DNA of 64,000 nt. Origin: the human T2T-CHM13v2.0 reference genome, Homo sapiens. The notes below the pieces were generated by a model. The model was given only the letters and a program-made list of their open reading frames with translations. It ran no database searches and was not told the DNA's origin. A program made the position numbers and the translations under genes. This document shows positions 17,686 through 37,082 of the stretch, piece by piece. The DNA is taken from the NCBI RefSeq assembly GCF_009914755.1, contig NC_060929.1, one strand, 5' to 3'. Positions within the stretch are counted from its first letter, which is position 1, and the number at the start of each line of letters is the position of its first letter.

Positions 17686-18028
17686 TTTTCTTTTTTCCTT
17701 TTCTTTTTTTGTGGGGGGTGGGGACAGAGTCTCACTCTGTCACCCAGGCAGGAGTGTAGTGGTGCAATCTCGGCTCACTGCAATCTCCCCCCACCCCACC
17801 TCCAGGTTCAAGCGATTCTTGTGCCTCCGCCTCCTGAGCAGCTGGCACTACAGGTGCACGCCACCACGCTGGGCTAAGTTTTGTATTTTTAGTAGAGATG
17901 GGGTTTCACCATGTTCTACGTTTCACCATGTTGGCCAGGCTGGTCTTGGACTCCTGGCCTGAAGTGATCTGCCTGCCTCAGTGTCCCAAAAGTGTTGGGA
18001 TTACAGGCGTGAGCCACCGCACTCGGCC
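17686..18028 (-). mobile_element. AluS with small internal duplication
   Basis: TSD gagaagtttt; gtttcaccatgtt is duplicated. Confidence 0.9.
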
Positions 18029-19225
18029 GAGAAGTTTTTCTGATTAAAAAAAATTTTAAGGCACACACTTCAGACAGTGGCTGTGAAGGAACCCTGATGT
18101 GTATCTAAACTGTCGCCTCGTGCACATCACCCCATTACTTACTCTGTGCTAAGTGCTGTCATGCATTACATCATTACTCCTTAGAACAGGCCTATGAGGT
18201 GGAGTCTGCATTAGGCCCATTTTGGACAAGGACACCAATAGTGTGGGAGGTGGTGTACCTTGCCCAAGCCCCCAGCAGGTAAGTGGTGGTGGGGATTAGG
18301 ACCCAGGTCACTTGAGTCCATATCCTGGGCTCTTAGTCCCACTCTGCCTGGCTGCCTGCTGCTCCATGAAGCCAACCCTGGACCTAGACCTGGACCTGGA
18401 TCGTCATAGCCCAGATCCCTGTGTGCTTCCCAGGCTGCCTTGTGGCAGGTGGATGGTGCCCCTCGAGATGGGCAGGGCACCATCTGGCCACACGTGCCTC
18501 ATCGTGATGGGTCCAAAGGTCTGGGCAGGCCAGGACACACCTCTGTCAACCAGAGCAGTGACTCAGAGCTGTCGGCCTCAGCCGTAAGGGCAGGGAGAGG
18601 GGGCAGGGGCTTGGGTTGGGGTCTGCCCTATTTGGGGCACAGCAGAGCGACCAGGCTGACTTCCATGGTCTGAGGCAGAGCGGGGAGCCTGGAGCCTTGG
18701 GTGGGGTCACCTGCCTCTCTTCTTACTGGTTAAGCCACCAGCGATGACTAGTGCCTACTTCCTTCAGAGAGGAATCTGACGGCTGTGGCAGGAAAGTCAG
18801 GGGCAAGAATTGTTGCACAGATATGCTAATATCTCAGTTCTGCCACTTTCTGTAATCTCGGGTGGTGATCTAATCTGTCTAAGGTCTATTTTCCCATCTG
18901 TAATGGGGAAAAAAATCATCCCTGGAGTTATTGGCAGGATTAAATGAGGTGATATTAGTAATGCAATAGTCACCACCATGCCCCCACGAAAACTAACATT
19001 CATTGAGACCTTATTGTGTTGGGCATTGTGCTCAGGACTTCAAATGGGTGACTTCATTACATCCTCACCATCACCTGCCCAGGTAGGCATCATGTATTAC
19101 CTGCAACTTACAGATAAGGAAACCGTCTTAGAGAGGTTATGCAACTTGCCCTGCCAAAATTGAACCCATTGTGAATATACAGTAGATAAAAAAAATAATA
19201 AAAATAAAATGAAATTAAAAATTGT

Positions 19226-19329
19226 GGCTGGGCAGGGCGGCTCACACCTGTAATCCTAGTACTTTGGGAGGCCGACACGGGTGGGTCACCTGAGGTCAGG
19301 AGTTTGAAACCAGCCTGGCCAACATGGTG

Positions 19330-19358
<29 letters not shown>
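19226..19358 (+). mobile_element. Alu left arm plus poly-A, inserted in a MIR
   Basis: Left monomer up to caacatggtg, then ctc(A)26. Confidence 0.85.
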
Positions 19359-19360
<2 letters not shown>

Positions 19361-19567
19361 GAACCCAGCAGTCTGACCCCAGAGGAGCCTGGTCTCTGGT
19401 CTCTTAACCCCTGCATTGTAATAGTCGCATCGAGTGCTACCCAGTGTCTGCAGCATCCTTTCCTCAGAAACACTTCTCAAAAAGAGGAAAAGCCTCTTGG
19501 GTATCAAAACTCAGAACTGCATCATAGCTCCCAGAGCCTGACTATACGCAAAGTGGTCTTTTTGGTC

Positions 19568-19856
19568 TTTTTTTTTTTTTTGAGATGGAGTCTTGCTCTG
19601 TCACCCAGGCTAGAGTGCAGTGGGACAATCTTGGCTCACTGCAACCTCTGCCTCCCGGGTTCAAGTGAATCTCCTGCCTCAGCCTCCTGAGTAGCTGAGA
19701 TTACAGGCACCTGCCACCGTGCACAGCTATTTTTTGTATTTTTAGCAGAGACAGGGTTTTACCATTTTGGCCAGGCTGGTCTCGAATTCTTGACCTGGTG
19801 ATCCACCCGCCTCAGCCTCCCAAAGTGCTGGGATTACAGGCGCGAGCCACCAGCCT
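19568..19856 (-). mobile_element. AluS
   Basis: Antisense dimer. Confidence 0.93.
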
Positions 19857-20011
19857 ATGCAAATGTTTTAAAATGGATGGATGCTGGACTCAATGGATCT
19901 CAGTTCCCTTTTTTCTTTGCCTGGGGGGAAGCTCAGAACCTGATTCATGACCCATCTCTACAATTACCCAGAACTTGAAGGCAAATATATATATATATAA
20001 TTTGTTTATTT

Positions 20012-20309
20012 TTTGAGAGAGAAGCTCTTGTTGTCTAGGCTGGAGTGCAGTAGCTATTCATAGGCACAGTCTCACTACTGATCAGCACCTGAAGTTTGAC
20101 CTGCTCTGTTTCTGACCTGGGCTGGTTCAGCCTTTCTGAGGCAACCTAGTGGTCCTCTGCTCCTTGGGGTTCACCATATTAGTGCTGAATTTAGTGTGGA
20201 CACCCCATCAGCATAGTGCCCTACAGCACAGAAATCCTGGCCTCAAGCCATCCTACTGCTGCAGCCTCCCAAGTAGCTGGGACTACAGGTGCACAGCAGT
20301 GCCCCCAGC
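20012..20309 (-). pseudogene. 7SL (SRP RNA) processed pseudogene
   Basis: The reverse complement has Alu-domain ends plus the SRP S-domain (plus strand: ctactgatcagcac...tttgacctgctctgtttctgacctgggctggttca...ggcaacctagtggtc...caccatatt); diverged; AT-rich tail at 19984-20013. Confidence 0.9.
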
Positions 20310-20494
20310 TCAAGACAAGTATTTTATGGCCTCAATTCAGGCGTAGATTACCCTTATTTTTCTCACTTGACTTCCCTTCATCTGGGTTTCTTCTTTTTAT
20401 GCTGGTGGCGTATAAATTTTGTTACTATGTTTTACATTTGGAGAGTTGGGAAGCAAACTATTAAAATGCCTGACTATAGCAACTGCCTGATATA

Positions 20495-20830
20495 CAGTCA
20501 ACACAACCCTTAACAACGGGGACACCTTCTGGGAAATGTGTCATCAGGCAATTTCGTCATTGTGTGAACTTCACACAGTGACTTACACAAACCTAGGCGG
20601 TACCACCTACTACACACCCAGTCTCTATACCACCGCCTGTGCTCCTGGGCTGCTAACCTATGCAGCCTGGGACTGTACCGCACGCTGCAGGCAACTGTAA
20701 CACAGGGGTAAGTATTTGTGCATGTAAACACAGAAAGGGTGCCATGAAAGATGATATTATACTCTTATGGGACCGCTATTATATGTGTGGTTCGTTGTTG
20801 ACCAAAACACAGATATATGGTGCATGACTA
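20495..20830 (-). mobile_element. Tigger3a-like (MER7) DNA transposon MITE
   Basis: cagtca...tgact termini with TA flanks; internal acttacacaaacctag...ctactacacacc and cttatgggacc motifs. Confidence 0.8.
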
Positions 20831-20944
20831 TATATCTATTGTGAATTAGACATGTCCTCTGCCCACAAGAAGAGGGCCACCCAATGGTGACGACTCAGTG
20901 GTGTGCCTTAAGAAAGTTGTGCCCAGGGTCCCCTTTCTGTGTCA

Positions 20945-21424
<480 letters not shown>

Positions 21425-21829
21425 TCAGTGTCAACAGGCTCGAAAGTGGGTTGTCCAGGCTCAGCTAGCCCCCAGTCCTCCACGAGAACCTCACAGGGGC
21501 TGGTCTGGCCACACAGTGTTTGATTGTTACACTGTTTTACCACTTCCCTCTCCTGACTCAATCCCCCACTTGTCCACAGATCCCCTGTCACTGAAGACTC
21601 GTAGCAGGGAGGGGACGGGGGCTCTGGCATCACCTTCTGACTGTCACCGTCCCCGCCTCCAGCCTGCCCCAGTGTTGGGCCTTGTTCCCAGGTCCTCTGG
21701 GCTCAGGGTCGGCCAGGCCCCTTCTCCTGTGGTGTGGGCCTCCAGCCCCAGGAGCGCCAGGAGCTCTGGCGCCTTGGTCCCTTCCTCCTGTCCGGCGCCC
21801 CCAGCTGTACTCTGCCTCATTAGGAGTCG

Positions 21830-21997
21830 ACCCCTCCTGGGAGGTGTGGTCTCTGGCAGGGTTAATGATTGCTCAGTGGAGGTGGAGATGGTGCCAAAGT
21901 CTGCTGGCCACATAGCTGCAGGCCGCAGAGGGTGCCCACCTGTGTGCCAGCGCCTGTCCGGCGCCTGCCTGCCGCCTCCGTGGCGAAGGGGACACAG
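21830..21997 (+). promoter_or_regulatory. CDHR2: Candidate CDHR2 proximal promoter and non-coding first exon (about 21900-21997)
   Basis: HNF1-like GTTAATGATT at 21861 and HNF4-like GCCAAAGTCT at 21893, followed by donor CAG|gtaggg at 21997; fits intestinal, kidney and liver expression. Confidence 0.65.
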
Positions 21998-23601
21998 GTA
22001 GGGACTATCCAGCTCATCGGGGGTCTCTGGGCCAGAGAAATGTGGGGGTTGGGGGGATCCCTAGAGCCAAGGCAAGCTTGGGGGTCTTTAAAAGTCTCCC
22101 CTGAAGCTGGGCAGGGGAAGTCACACGCTAGATGGGGCAGAGCCGGGTCAGGTCCCAGCCTGCTGTGAGGCCTGTTTCTTTGGTAAACATGGGATAATAA
22201 TACCTCCTTCCCTGGGGGCTGATGGCCCCCTTCCCATCCAAGTCCTCACGGGATGATTCTTCAGAGGATGGAAGGGAGGCAGGCACCCCAGGGAAACGAG
22301 GTAACTGGCCTGACCCCTTCATAGGATGCTCAGGGGTTGAGGACGGGGAAGCTGACCTGGGCTCTTACCCCAGCTGCTCGGTTCACATCCCAGCTCCACC
22401 CTGACCTTGGTGGGCTACTTAACTCTTCTGGGCCTCCGTTTCCTCATTTATCAAATGGGGATGAGAAGAGTTCCAGAAAGGGCCTGAAAAGCCCTGAGGC
22501 AAAGGTGAGCATGTGGCCTATGACCGAGCCCAGTGCCACCTCAGCCAGTGCTAGGAAGTGTCAGGCAGGGACTGACCCAGGCTGGCCCCAGCTCTGCCCA
22601 GTCCGGGCCTTGCACATCTCTCTGCCCTGGTAGAGGAGGTGGGGACCCAGCTGAGAGTCGGGGCCATGCTGCGTCACTCAGGCAGGCCTGTGCTGGGTTG
22701 GGCACCAGGCACAAGGCAGGGTCCCAGTGAGCACCGAGGTCCGGCAGATGGAAACAAGTCATGGCCCGTGTGTAGACCCCTTGATTTTTATCCTCACTCT
22801 GCTTCTCAGCAGGGGAAACTGAGGCCTGGAGAGGGGAGAGGGCTTGCCTGGGGTTGCACAACAAATATGTGAAATGCTGCCATCTGAACCCAGGGCTGTT
22901 TGAGTCTGTATGTGTCTGCTGGGCCAGGTGGCCTGGGCCATAGGCACTGGGAGGGCCCGTGGCGGGGAGCTGCGTGCTCAGGTCCCACATCCTTGCTCCG
23001 GGCACCCAGGCTCGGCTGGAGTCCGCTCTGTGGGTGCAGGCACGGCCTCCTGGATCAACGGAGCCCAGACCAAGGCTTGCCCAGGGACCCCTGGATTTGG
23101 AGGCAGCCTGGGTCTAACCTGCTGCCCCTGGCTCACCCATCTCTGGGCATCTATGAGCCTCGGTTTCCTTGGAATAATAGGATAGGATAATTCCTGCTTG
23201 GGAACAGCTGTGAGAAGTAAATGAAAAAGCAGAAGTGAAAGTGCATGGCGAGCTGGCCGTGTAGCGGTGGCGGTGCTGGGGGAGCTCTGTAGCATCGTGG
23301 CTGAGTGCACCCCGGGGGCTCCCCACACTGAAGGAGGACCCACCTCCCCACCCTGACCCTCCTGGAGGTCCTGGGCAGTCCGGGTATCCTCACTCCCAGT
23401 GGTTCCAAATTCTAGAAAATCTTGGCACCGTGGACTGCTCTGAGATGCGGCTGAAGCCTCCTCTCAGCCAAGGCTGAAGAGCTGGCACCTCCTGGGCCAG
23501 GTGGGACCAGTGAGGATTCCTGGAGACTACACATCTCATGGCGTGGGGGCCAGAGTCTCCCTGATTCTTCTCTGTGTCCTTTTTGGTCCTTCCCTAAGCA
23601 C

Positions 23602-23979
<378 letters not shown>

Positions 23980-24065
23980 TGAGAGCAGGGAAACAACAGT
24001 AGTGGCCGGAGGGCTTGAGAACAAGGAAGCAGTAATTTCTGGAATATAGATAGTCCCCATTTTAA

Positions 24066-24589
<524 letters not shown>

Positions 24590-27174
24590 TTAATAGTTCC
24601 CATTTTTAAAAGGAGCAAACAGAGAAAAGAGCCCAGGGGTACGGTTGTGCAGTGACTGGGACCTTGTTTCACACCCATGCGTTGGCCTGAGGCTGCCCCA
24701 GCAGGGAAAAGCGGGTGCCTGTCCGCAAGTCCCAGCCCAGGGGCAACTCCATTCACTCGGTTTCCATTTGTGCCTTGCTCCTGCCCCTTGCTGGGGTACC
24801 AGGAAATGAGGAGCCCAGAGTGGGGGCCACCAACTGCCTGAACACAGCTCCACAGCTGATCTGGGCCTTACAGAATGGAGAGGATTTGCACGTAGGCAGA
24901 AGGCAAAGAGAGACATTCTGGGCAGAGGGAATGGTTTAGGCAAATGGAGGAAGGACAATGCAGGGTGTGGACCGAGAACAGGAGCATTCAACACCACTGG
25001 ACCTCAGGAGTGGGAGAGAGCAGCTCGTGTGGAAAAAGCAAGACCCAGGACCTCCAGGGACCTCGCCTGTCAGGCTGAGGGGCAGGCAGTGTGTCCTGCA
25101 GCCAGTGGGAGCCATGGAGGAGATTTGAGCTTGGGAGTGACCTATCATGGGGAAGGCTTAGCATTGGGGCAGGCCGTTATTGCGCCTTCGCCAGCCCACA
25201 CAGACACTGTGCTTTTTCCCCAAGTGACTGAATCCAGAGGCAGATGCTCTGGACTGTAGAACGCCAGCCTCATCATGATCATGAGGAGGCAGGACTGCGA
25301 GAAACCCGGGGCCAACCCCAGCAGAGCAGGAGGCAGGCGAGGCAGGGATGAGGCAAGAAAGAGCACTGGCCTGGGAGGCAGACAGGGTGGCACCCCCGCT
25401 CTGCCGCTGACAGCCTTGGAGCTGCTGGGCAGGAACCCTGGCCTCCTGCACTCATGTCTGTGTGCATAAAGGGGATTGATGAATCCAGCTCTTCCTTCCA
25501 GGGGGATGGCTGGGCCCACATGCAGGGGAGAGACTGTGCGTGCATCACACAAATGCAAAGGGGCATCGCTGTTGCTCTGAGTGAGGGTCCCCAGGCTTCT
25601 TGAGGCCCTCCATCCTGCCCTGTGAGATGGGGAGGGGGGAGTTGGGAGACACTTCCATGAGGGAGAAGCGTGGCGTGTATGGGGAAGGGGCTGCAGGGGG
25701 AGGCGCCTCGGGGACTGGGTGAAGGTCCTGGTTCGGGCTGTTCTCTCTCAACATCACATGTTTGTGGGCTCAGCATGACCTGTGGGAAAATCGGGCAGCT
25801 CAAGAAGGAAAACCCAGGAGCCTAGAAAAGAGAGAAGGCACAGGCCTGGCTTGGGTTCTGCCCATTACTGGCTGGGCCGCGCCCTTTCCCCTCTTGGACG
25901 TCAGTTTGCTGAGGACTAAATGGTAATGGGGGCAAAGTGCTAGCCTCGGTACACGGCCCTTCCTTGCCAGTTCCCATTTTCCTCTGGGACTGGGAGGAGG
26001 GACCCTGAGGGCAGGAATCTCCTGTCCTGCAGGCTGGACCCAGGGGAACTTTGTAATGATGATGAATCCATCTTGATACCTGCTGGCTGCACACCTAGTG
26101 ACTAATTGTCCCGTGGCAGTTGACTCATTTCTGAAGGACAGAACATGAGAGAAAAAAGTGAGGAGGGAGGTAGGTTCCAGGTTACAGCCTCAGAGGGATG
26201 CCTGGGCTGGACGCATCCAGCCCCTGGCTGTTCCTTACACAATGGACACCTGCAGTCTAGCAGTACCGCTAATGCCCAGCTCACCTGCGTCTCCACCGCC
26301 AGCCCCGCCACCACCACCATCTCCCTCCCCCAACTGTCACCTCCACCAGCGCCACCTGCGTCTCCACCTTCATCAGCACACACATCATCAGCATGTCCGT
26401 CCCTACTTACCACCACCAGTGCCACCCCTACCCCCGAGGGATCCCTATCCTGATATTGGACCCTGCCTCCATGACCACCTCACTCACTGCCCTTGACTCC
26501 AGCGCTATGATGTCACTCTCCAGGGCGTAGCTGTACCCACATCGCTGTCCCTGTCTCACTGAGGACTGTGGCTCAGCACTGCTGGGGGTTCTGAGGACTG
26601 AGAACTTACTAATTCCCCTGAGCGGTGGGGCACATCTGTATTTATCAGTCTGGCCGAGTGCAGCCCTGCCGTTCAGCATGTGGGCTGTCCCCAGCTGTCA
26701 TCTCCGGGGTTCTTGGCAAGCCAGCATTTTCCACAGCAACTTCCCAAGGTTCCCCTGGCTAGAGTCACATGGAAGGTAGCATGAGAAACAGCCCCAGGGC
26801 TCCTCCACACACAGCCCTGGCCCTGCCCATTTAGCTCTGACCTCTGCAAGCAGTCTCAGACCCTGGGGAGCGTGGATGGTCACCAGGGAGGGAGGAAGCT
26901 GTTTCCATGGTGATTGCAGTGGGAGGAGCAGCCATAAGGTGAGGACAACCCCACGGAAGGAAGAAGGTTTGCACTTGCTGAGCGCCTATTGTGTGCCAGG
27001 CGCTGAGGTGGCACATTCTTATTCCCACTCATCCCCCGCTGCCTACCCTCATCACTTAGTGGGGTTATTATTCTCACAGGGGAGGGAACGCTTAGAGAAG
27101 GGCAGTGAACTGCCCAGCGAAGCTCTGCTGCTCCTTGACTCTGTAAACTCAAGCCAGGCTCTTCACCTCTCTGA

Positions 27175-27535
<361 letters not shown>

Positions 27536-28202
27536 TCGAAGGGATTTTGTGAGCATTACGTAGTGCCCGGCTCAAGTTCTGAGAGGCAGGAGGTGCTTCC
27601 TCCACGAGTCTCTTGCTATTCATTGCTGTAATGTTTAACGGTTGCCAAACATCCCACCCAGGGCTTGTCCACATCTTTCTACATCATTGCCTGTGTTTCA
27701 TGTTACGGTCACTTCCAGCTTCCCATGATTATAAATAATCACTCACGGTCAACAACTTTCTGCAAAAAGAGCTTCTTATTCTATGTTAGTTGGATGAGTA
27801 GGTCAACAGGGCAAACATTTTGAAGCTTTGGGGTCCACATCTGAACTGGGGTTTTCTCCTCTTGCTAGGGCCCTGGGGCCACGGGAGGCCTGCCTCCTTC
27901 TCCCTGCCTCAGGGAGAGGCGAGGGCCTTGGGATCGGAGAGTGGCTGTGAATCCCACTCACTTTCAGCTGTGAGGGCCTCAGCGGAACACTCCCAGCAAG
28001 AGCCTGTTTGCTCATCTGCAAAATGAGTTGCTGTGAAGATGAAATTCTATGAATCCCAAATATTCTGCCTCCAAACTATAGCCCTGCTCTTGCCTCCCCT
28101 CCAGCCCTGCTGCCCCCAGTTCAGCCCGGCGACACACAGCAGCCAGAAAGGTCTTAAGAGGAAATTACTGCCTGCCACTCCCCTGCTTAAAACTCTGAAA
28201 TG

Positions 28203-28497
28203 GGCCAAGTGCAGTGGATGGCTCACGCCTGTAATCCCAGCACTTTGGGAGGCCGAGGTGGGTGGATCACCTGAGGTCAGGAGTTCGAGACCAGCCTGGC
28301 CAACATGGCAAAACCCCATCTCTACTAAAAATACAAAAATTAGCTAGGTGTGGTGGCTCACGCCTGTAATCTTCGGGAGGCTGAGGCAGCAGACTCGGTT
28401 GAACCCGGGAGGCAGAGGTTGCAGTGAGCCGAGATCGCCCCACTGCCCTCCAGCCTGGGAGACAGAGTGAGACTCCATCTCAAAACAAACAAAAAAA
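28203..28497 (+). mobile_element. AluS
   Basis: Dimer with TSD ctctgaaat, inside an L2-like fragment. Confidence 0.9.
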
Positions 28498-28801
28498 CCC
28501 CCTCTGAAATGACCTACTGTTTTTTGTTTTTCTTAGAATAAAATGAAACATCCTTCCTGTGTCTCATAGGGTGGAGCATGCTCTGGCCCTGCCAGATTTC
28601 TCAACCTGCCTCCCTCCCATGATTCCCCACCTCTCTCCCTGCAACCCAGCCACAGGGACCTTCTTTGAACTCCTGGAATACACCTGGTTCTTCCCTGGCC
28701 CAGGCCATCTCTCATATTGTTTGTGCTACTTGGGACTCCCGCATAACAGTGCTCACCTTATCACAGCAATATGGGCATTTAATTTTTAAAAATATCAAAT
28801 A

Positions 28802-28950
28802 GGCCAGTCACGGTGGCTCACACCTGTAATCTCATCACTTTAGGAGGCCGAGATGGGAGGATCGCTTGAGCCCAGGAGTCTGAGGCTGCCCTGAGCCAGG
28901 ATAGCGCCATTGCACTCCAGAATGGGTGACAGAGCAAGACCTTGTCTCAA
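28802..28950 (+). mobile_element. Old Alu monomer (FRAM-like)
   Basis: Single right-type monomer containing gggaggatcgcttgagcccaggag. Confidence 0.8.
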
Positions 28951-28964
28951 GAAACACCTAAACA

Positions 28965-29383
<419 letters not shown>

Positions 29384-29499
29384 AAAACAAACAAACAAAA
29401 ATATCAAATGATACTACAAGGTTTATAACAAAAGCCGGCCTTTTCCTGACCCACACCCCACATCCCCAGTATCCACTCTCTAGAAGCAACTGCTTTCAC

Positions 29500-30578
<1,079 letters not shown>

Positions 30579-30730
30579 TATCTGTTAATTTCTTAAAGTG
30601 AAAGATGAGGATTTTATTATCTTACAGCCCATCACGCTTCCCCAGCGCGCATGGTAAGGTTGTAGTCCATCGACCATGGGAACGGGACCCCCTGAGCCAC
30701 TGGCGTATGATGTTCCTGGGCTCCTTCTAG

Positions 30731-31388
<658 letters not shown>

Positions 31389-31449
31389 TTGCTTGCTTAG
31401 TTTTCTACATGGTATCATAAGTTCATCCCTTCACCCTAGCCAGAGGTGT

Positions 31450-31870
31450 AAATCTCATTTCCTGATTCTATAGGATAAGAGTTTGGATAGGGCATAGCAG
31501 GAATTGCTCAACTCTGTTCCATGGTGTCTGGGGCCTCAGCTGGGATTATGTGAAAGATTAGCGGTTGGACAGTGGGGACTGGCTAGACATCTTGCTCTCC
31601 CTCAACGCACAGGCCTCTTAACGTGGTTAGCTTGGGCTTCCTTATAACATGGCGGCCTCAGGGTAGTTGAACTTCTAACAAAGTATCTCCAGGTTCCTAG
31701 AGCAAAGTGGCCCAAGAGGCCCAGGTGTAAGCTGCAGAGCTTCTGAATGCTGCATTTCTGCCACGTTCTGTTGATCAAGCAAGTCACTAAGGCCAGCTCA
31801 GATTCAAGAGGAGGAATTAGACTTCCCTTCTCAATAGAAGGAATATCAAATAATTTGTGACACCATTAAT
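31450..31870. mobile_element. MLT1-type (ERVL-MaLR) LTR fragment
   Basis: ggtgtctggggcctcagctgg, catggcggcctcagggtagt and caagcaagtcactaaggccagctcagattcaag motifs. Confidence 0.65.
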
Positions 31871-32302
31871 CTCCCACACATAGCTCCATTAACTCCAGGA
31901 TTGTTACCGAAAAGCCCCATAACCTTCTGATTCTGGGTCCTTTGTATGTCACTTGTTTTTCTCTGCAGAGGATTTCAGGGTCTTGTCTTTATCCCTAATA
32001 CTCTCAAAATGCTTTGGCTTGGGTTTTCTTTTCCTTTCTTTCTAAAATTTGTTCTTGGAATTCTTTCAGTCTGGAAATGTGTTATTCACTTATACAAAAT
32101 CTATTGTTTGTACTCATTTGATAGTTTCCTTTCCCTGTTTTCCTTCTCTGTTTCTCTTTCTGGGACTTCTATTAATCAGACATTGGACCTCCTGGATTAA
32201 TCCTCTAATTTCTTATTTTTCTCTCCTAGTTTCCATTTCTCAACTTTATATTCTGATTCCTCCATTAAATTTTTAATTCCTGCATTTTTTTAAAATCTAT
32301 AA

Positions 32303-32464
32303 CAGTGGCTGTCAACTAGGGGTGATCTTACCACCACTCTCCCTCCCCCATCAGGAGACATCTGGCCCCTCCCCCATCAGGAGACACCTGGCAATGTCTG
32401 GAGACATTTTTGGCTGTTGCAACTTGGGGGTTGCTACTGGCATCTAGTGGGTAGAGGACAGAGG
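32303..32464 (+). mobile_element. MER20 (hAT-Charlie) fragment with a 26-bp internal tandem duplication
   Basis: ggcaatgtctggagacatttttgg...gctactggcatctagtgggtagagg; ccctcccccatcaggagaca(t/c)ctggc occurs twice. Confidence 0.75.
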
Positions 32465-32683
32465 TGTTTAACAGCGAGGAAATATCGGCTTCGTATGTGA
32501 GAATTAGATAAAGGGTGGTTGAGGCGTGGCTTTGGATTGGTTGGTTTGCATAGGAGAGGCAGGTCTGAAGGCAAGGCGCTTGCTGTCTCTGGGAATTAGC
32601 CAGCCCTAGGAGGGAAGTCTCTCCCTAACCAGCAAGGCCCCAAAGATGTCAAAGCATCATAAAACACAGAAAATAAAAACAAA

Positions 32684-32990
<307 letters not shown>

Positions 32991-34122
32991 AGACACCAAA
33001 AAAGAATGATTAATACACCAGATTCAAGGGGAGCAGACATAGTCCTCATCTCTTGCAGGAAGGAGTGTCAAAAGATCTGTGGTCATGTTTGTCTGCCATA
33101 CCACTTAAAGCGGTTCCCTTCTTTCACTCTCATCACGCCCACATCCCCCTCCTCCACAGCAGGGATGCAGTGCACTATTAGGTGGTACTTTGCGTACTCG
33201 TCTGTAGTCTGTCTCATTCAGAACCTGCACTGTTTTGCTCACCATTGCCTTCCCATTGCTGGGAGCAGGGTCTGGCAGATAGCGGCTCATGGATACCCAG
33301 TAACTATTTACTGAGGGAATGAATGAGCGAATCAGGGTACTCGGCACATATTAGGTGCTCAGGAAACGCCAGCAGCTATTTAAGATTGTCAGCCTTCCTG
33401 ATGTTCCATGTTTCCCCAGCAGGTCTGTGGGGAGCATGGCGAGATGAATCTGAATTAAAAGAGGGAATGCTGTGCTGGGGCTTCAGGGCGGGGTCCTGAC
33501 CATGCCCGGGAAGCACGTAGCCAGATCAGAACCAGGATCTCTGACTGTCTAGGGCACACTGGGGAGGAGGGCCTGCAGCTAGCCAGTGCTGGCCAGGGCA
33601 GAGTTCTCCGGAAGAGAGGAACCAGGAATGGGAACTCCAACAATGAGAAGGGCAAGAGACAGACCGTCCTTTTCCTGCAATAATAACTTCTCACATTTAT
33701 TATGTACTTACTGTGAGCTAGGCACTGTTTAAGCCTCAACACAAACCCCTGGTGTAGGTGCTGTTATTATTCCCATCTTACAGGTGAGGAAGCTGAGGCC
33801 CAGAGAGGGTATGTTACTTGCCCAACGTTACGCTGGATTTGGACCCAGGCTCTCAGGTCCACGTACCACATTACACTCTGCTCTATCTCATGGGTGTTCT
33901 GGATAAGCCACCTGGGGTTGCAGTGACTCACTGGCTCATCCATTCATTCCTTTCAGAAATACTCACTGAGCCTACACTGGGCTCAGCCCTGTGCTTGGTC
34001 CTGGGGTCACAAAGGTGCATCAGACGCAGACCTTGCCCTCACATCTCTTCTGGCCTGGTGGGAGAGGCTCATCTGCAAAGAGATAACAGAGGTTACTCTC
34101 AGGTGTATGCAGCATCCTGTGA

Positions 34123-34508
<386 letters not shown>

Positions 34509-35196
34509 CTTGGAGCTGGCTTTTAAAAATGAAGAGAGTGCATCAGCCAGCAAGGCGGGGAAGAGCATTCCAAAAAGAGGGACGGGCAGTAGTGAGGGCA
34601 GGCAGAGGGAGTCTGTGGGCGTGCGGGAGATGAGGGGTGGGCTGAGATGCAGGGAGTGGTTCGAGGTGAAGCTGGAGTGGTCGAAGGTAGTCTTTGGGAA
34701 GCCCTTTTATGGAGTCTGGACTCTAGCAATGGGGAGCCATCGAAGGGTTTTGAGTGAGGGCGGAAAAGATTAGATTATGTGCAGAAGGACTAGTTTGGTT
34801 GAGTGGGATGGATTAGAGAGGCTGGAGGAAGGGAGGCCTTGAGGAGGCTGAGGACAGTGTCCCCAGGGAGGGCGGCCAGTATGGGATGGAGAGATGCAGG
34901 CTGATTAGAGAGAAACAGAGGAGGCTGCACGGATTGGACGTGGGCGTTCAGGAGAAGGAGGTGTCAGAATGGCGTGGGCAGGTGGGTGGCTCCCCGAGGC
35001 TGGAACTCGGGAGGAGGGGTGGGCGGTGTGAGGGAGAGTTCTGGTTTTTGATGCTGTTTCATCATCAGGGCTCGGCTCTGGAAGCCATCCTCTACCCCCA
35101 CTCCTCCCCAGGGCTGCCTGCTTACTTCAGATGCTCTGGGGCAGGAGGGAAAGGGACATGAAGAGGTGCCCAGGACCAGGTGAGGGTGCTTGGTAG

Positions 35197-36393
<1,197 letters not shown>

Positions 36394-36490
36394 GTAGCAA
36401 ATGTGTTCCTTTGTTTGCTTTCAAGCTTGTTTAATTCATTTTTGGAAAAGTTAACATATTCAATCAGCACAAAAGAGTATACAGTAAAAA

Positions 36491-36597
36491 ACTGGGCACA
36501 GTGGCACACGTCTGTAATCCCAGCTACTCAGGAGTTCAAGCCCAGAAGTTCAAGGCCAGCCTGGGCAACATAGTGAAACACTGTCTCAAAAGAAAAA
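36491..36597 (+). mobile_element. FLAM-like Alu monomer
   Basis: Short monomer with TSD agtatacagtaaaaa. Confidence 0.75.
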
Positions 36598-36642
36598 AGT
36601 ATACAGTAAAAAGCCCTGTCTTACAGAAAGATTATAGAGTAG

Positions 36643-37082
<440 letters not shown>

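Noticed and set aside
18376-18402. ctggacctagacctggacctggat (LDLDLD) resembling RNF44 LDLDVDD
   Set aside because: A short hexamer repeat with no extended similarity; coincidence.
20012-20309. 7SL copy as a functional SRP RNA gene
   Set aside because: Heavily diverged with CpG decay and an A/T tail; a processed pseudogene.
26290-26450. Pro/Thr/His-rich ORFs resembling a mucin-like exon
   Set aside because: Degenerate (CCA)n low-complexity sequence without convincing splice sites.
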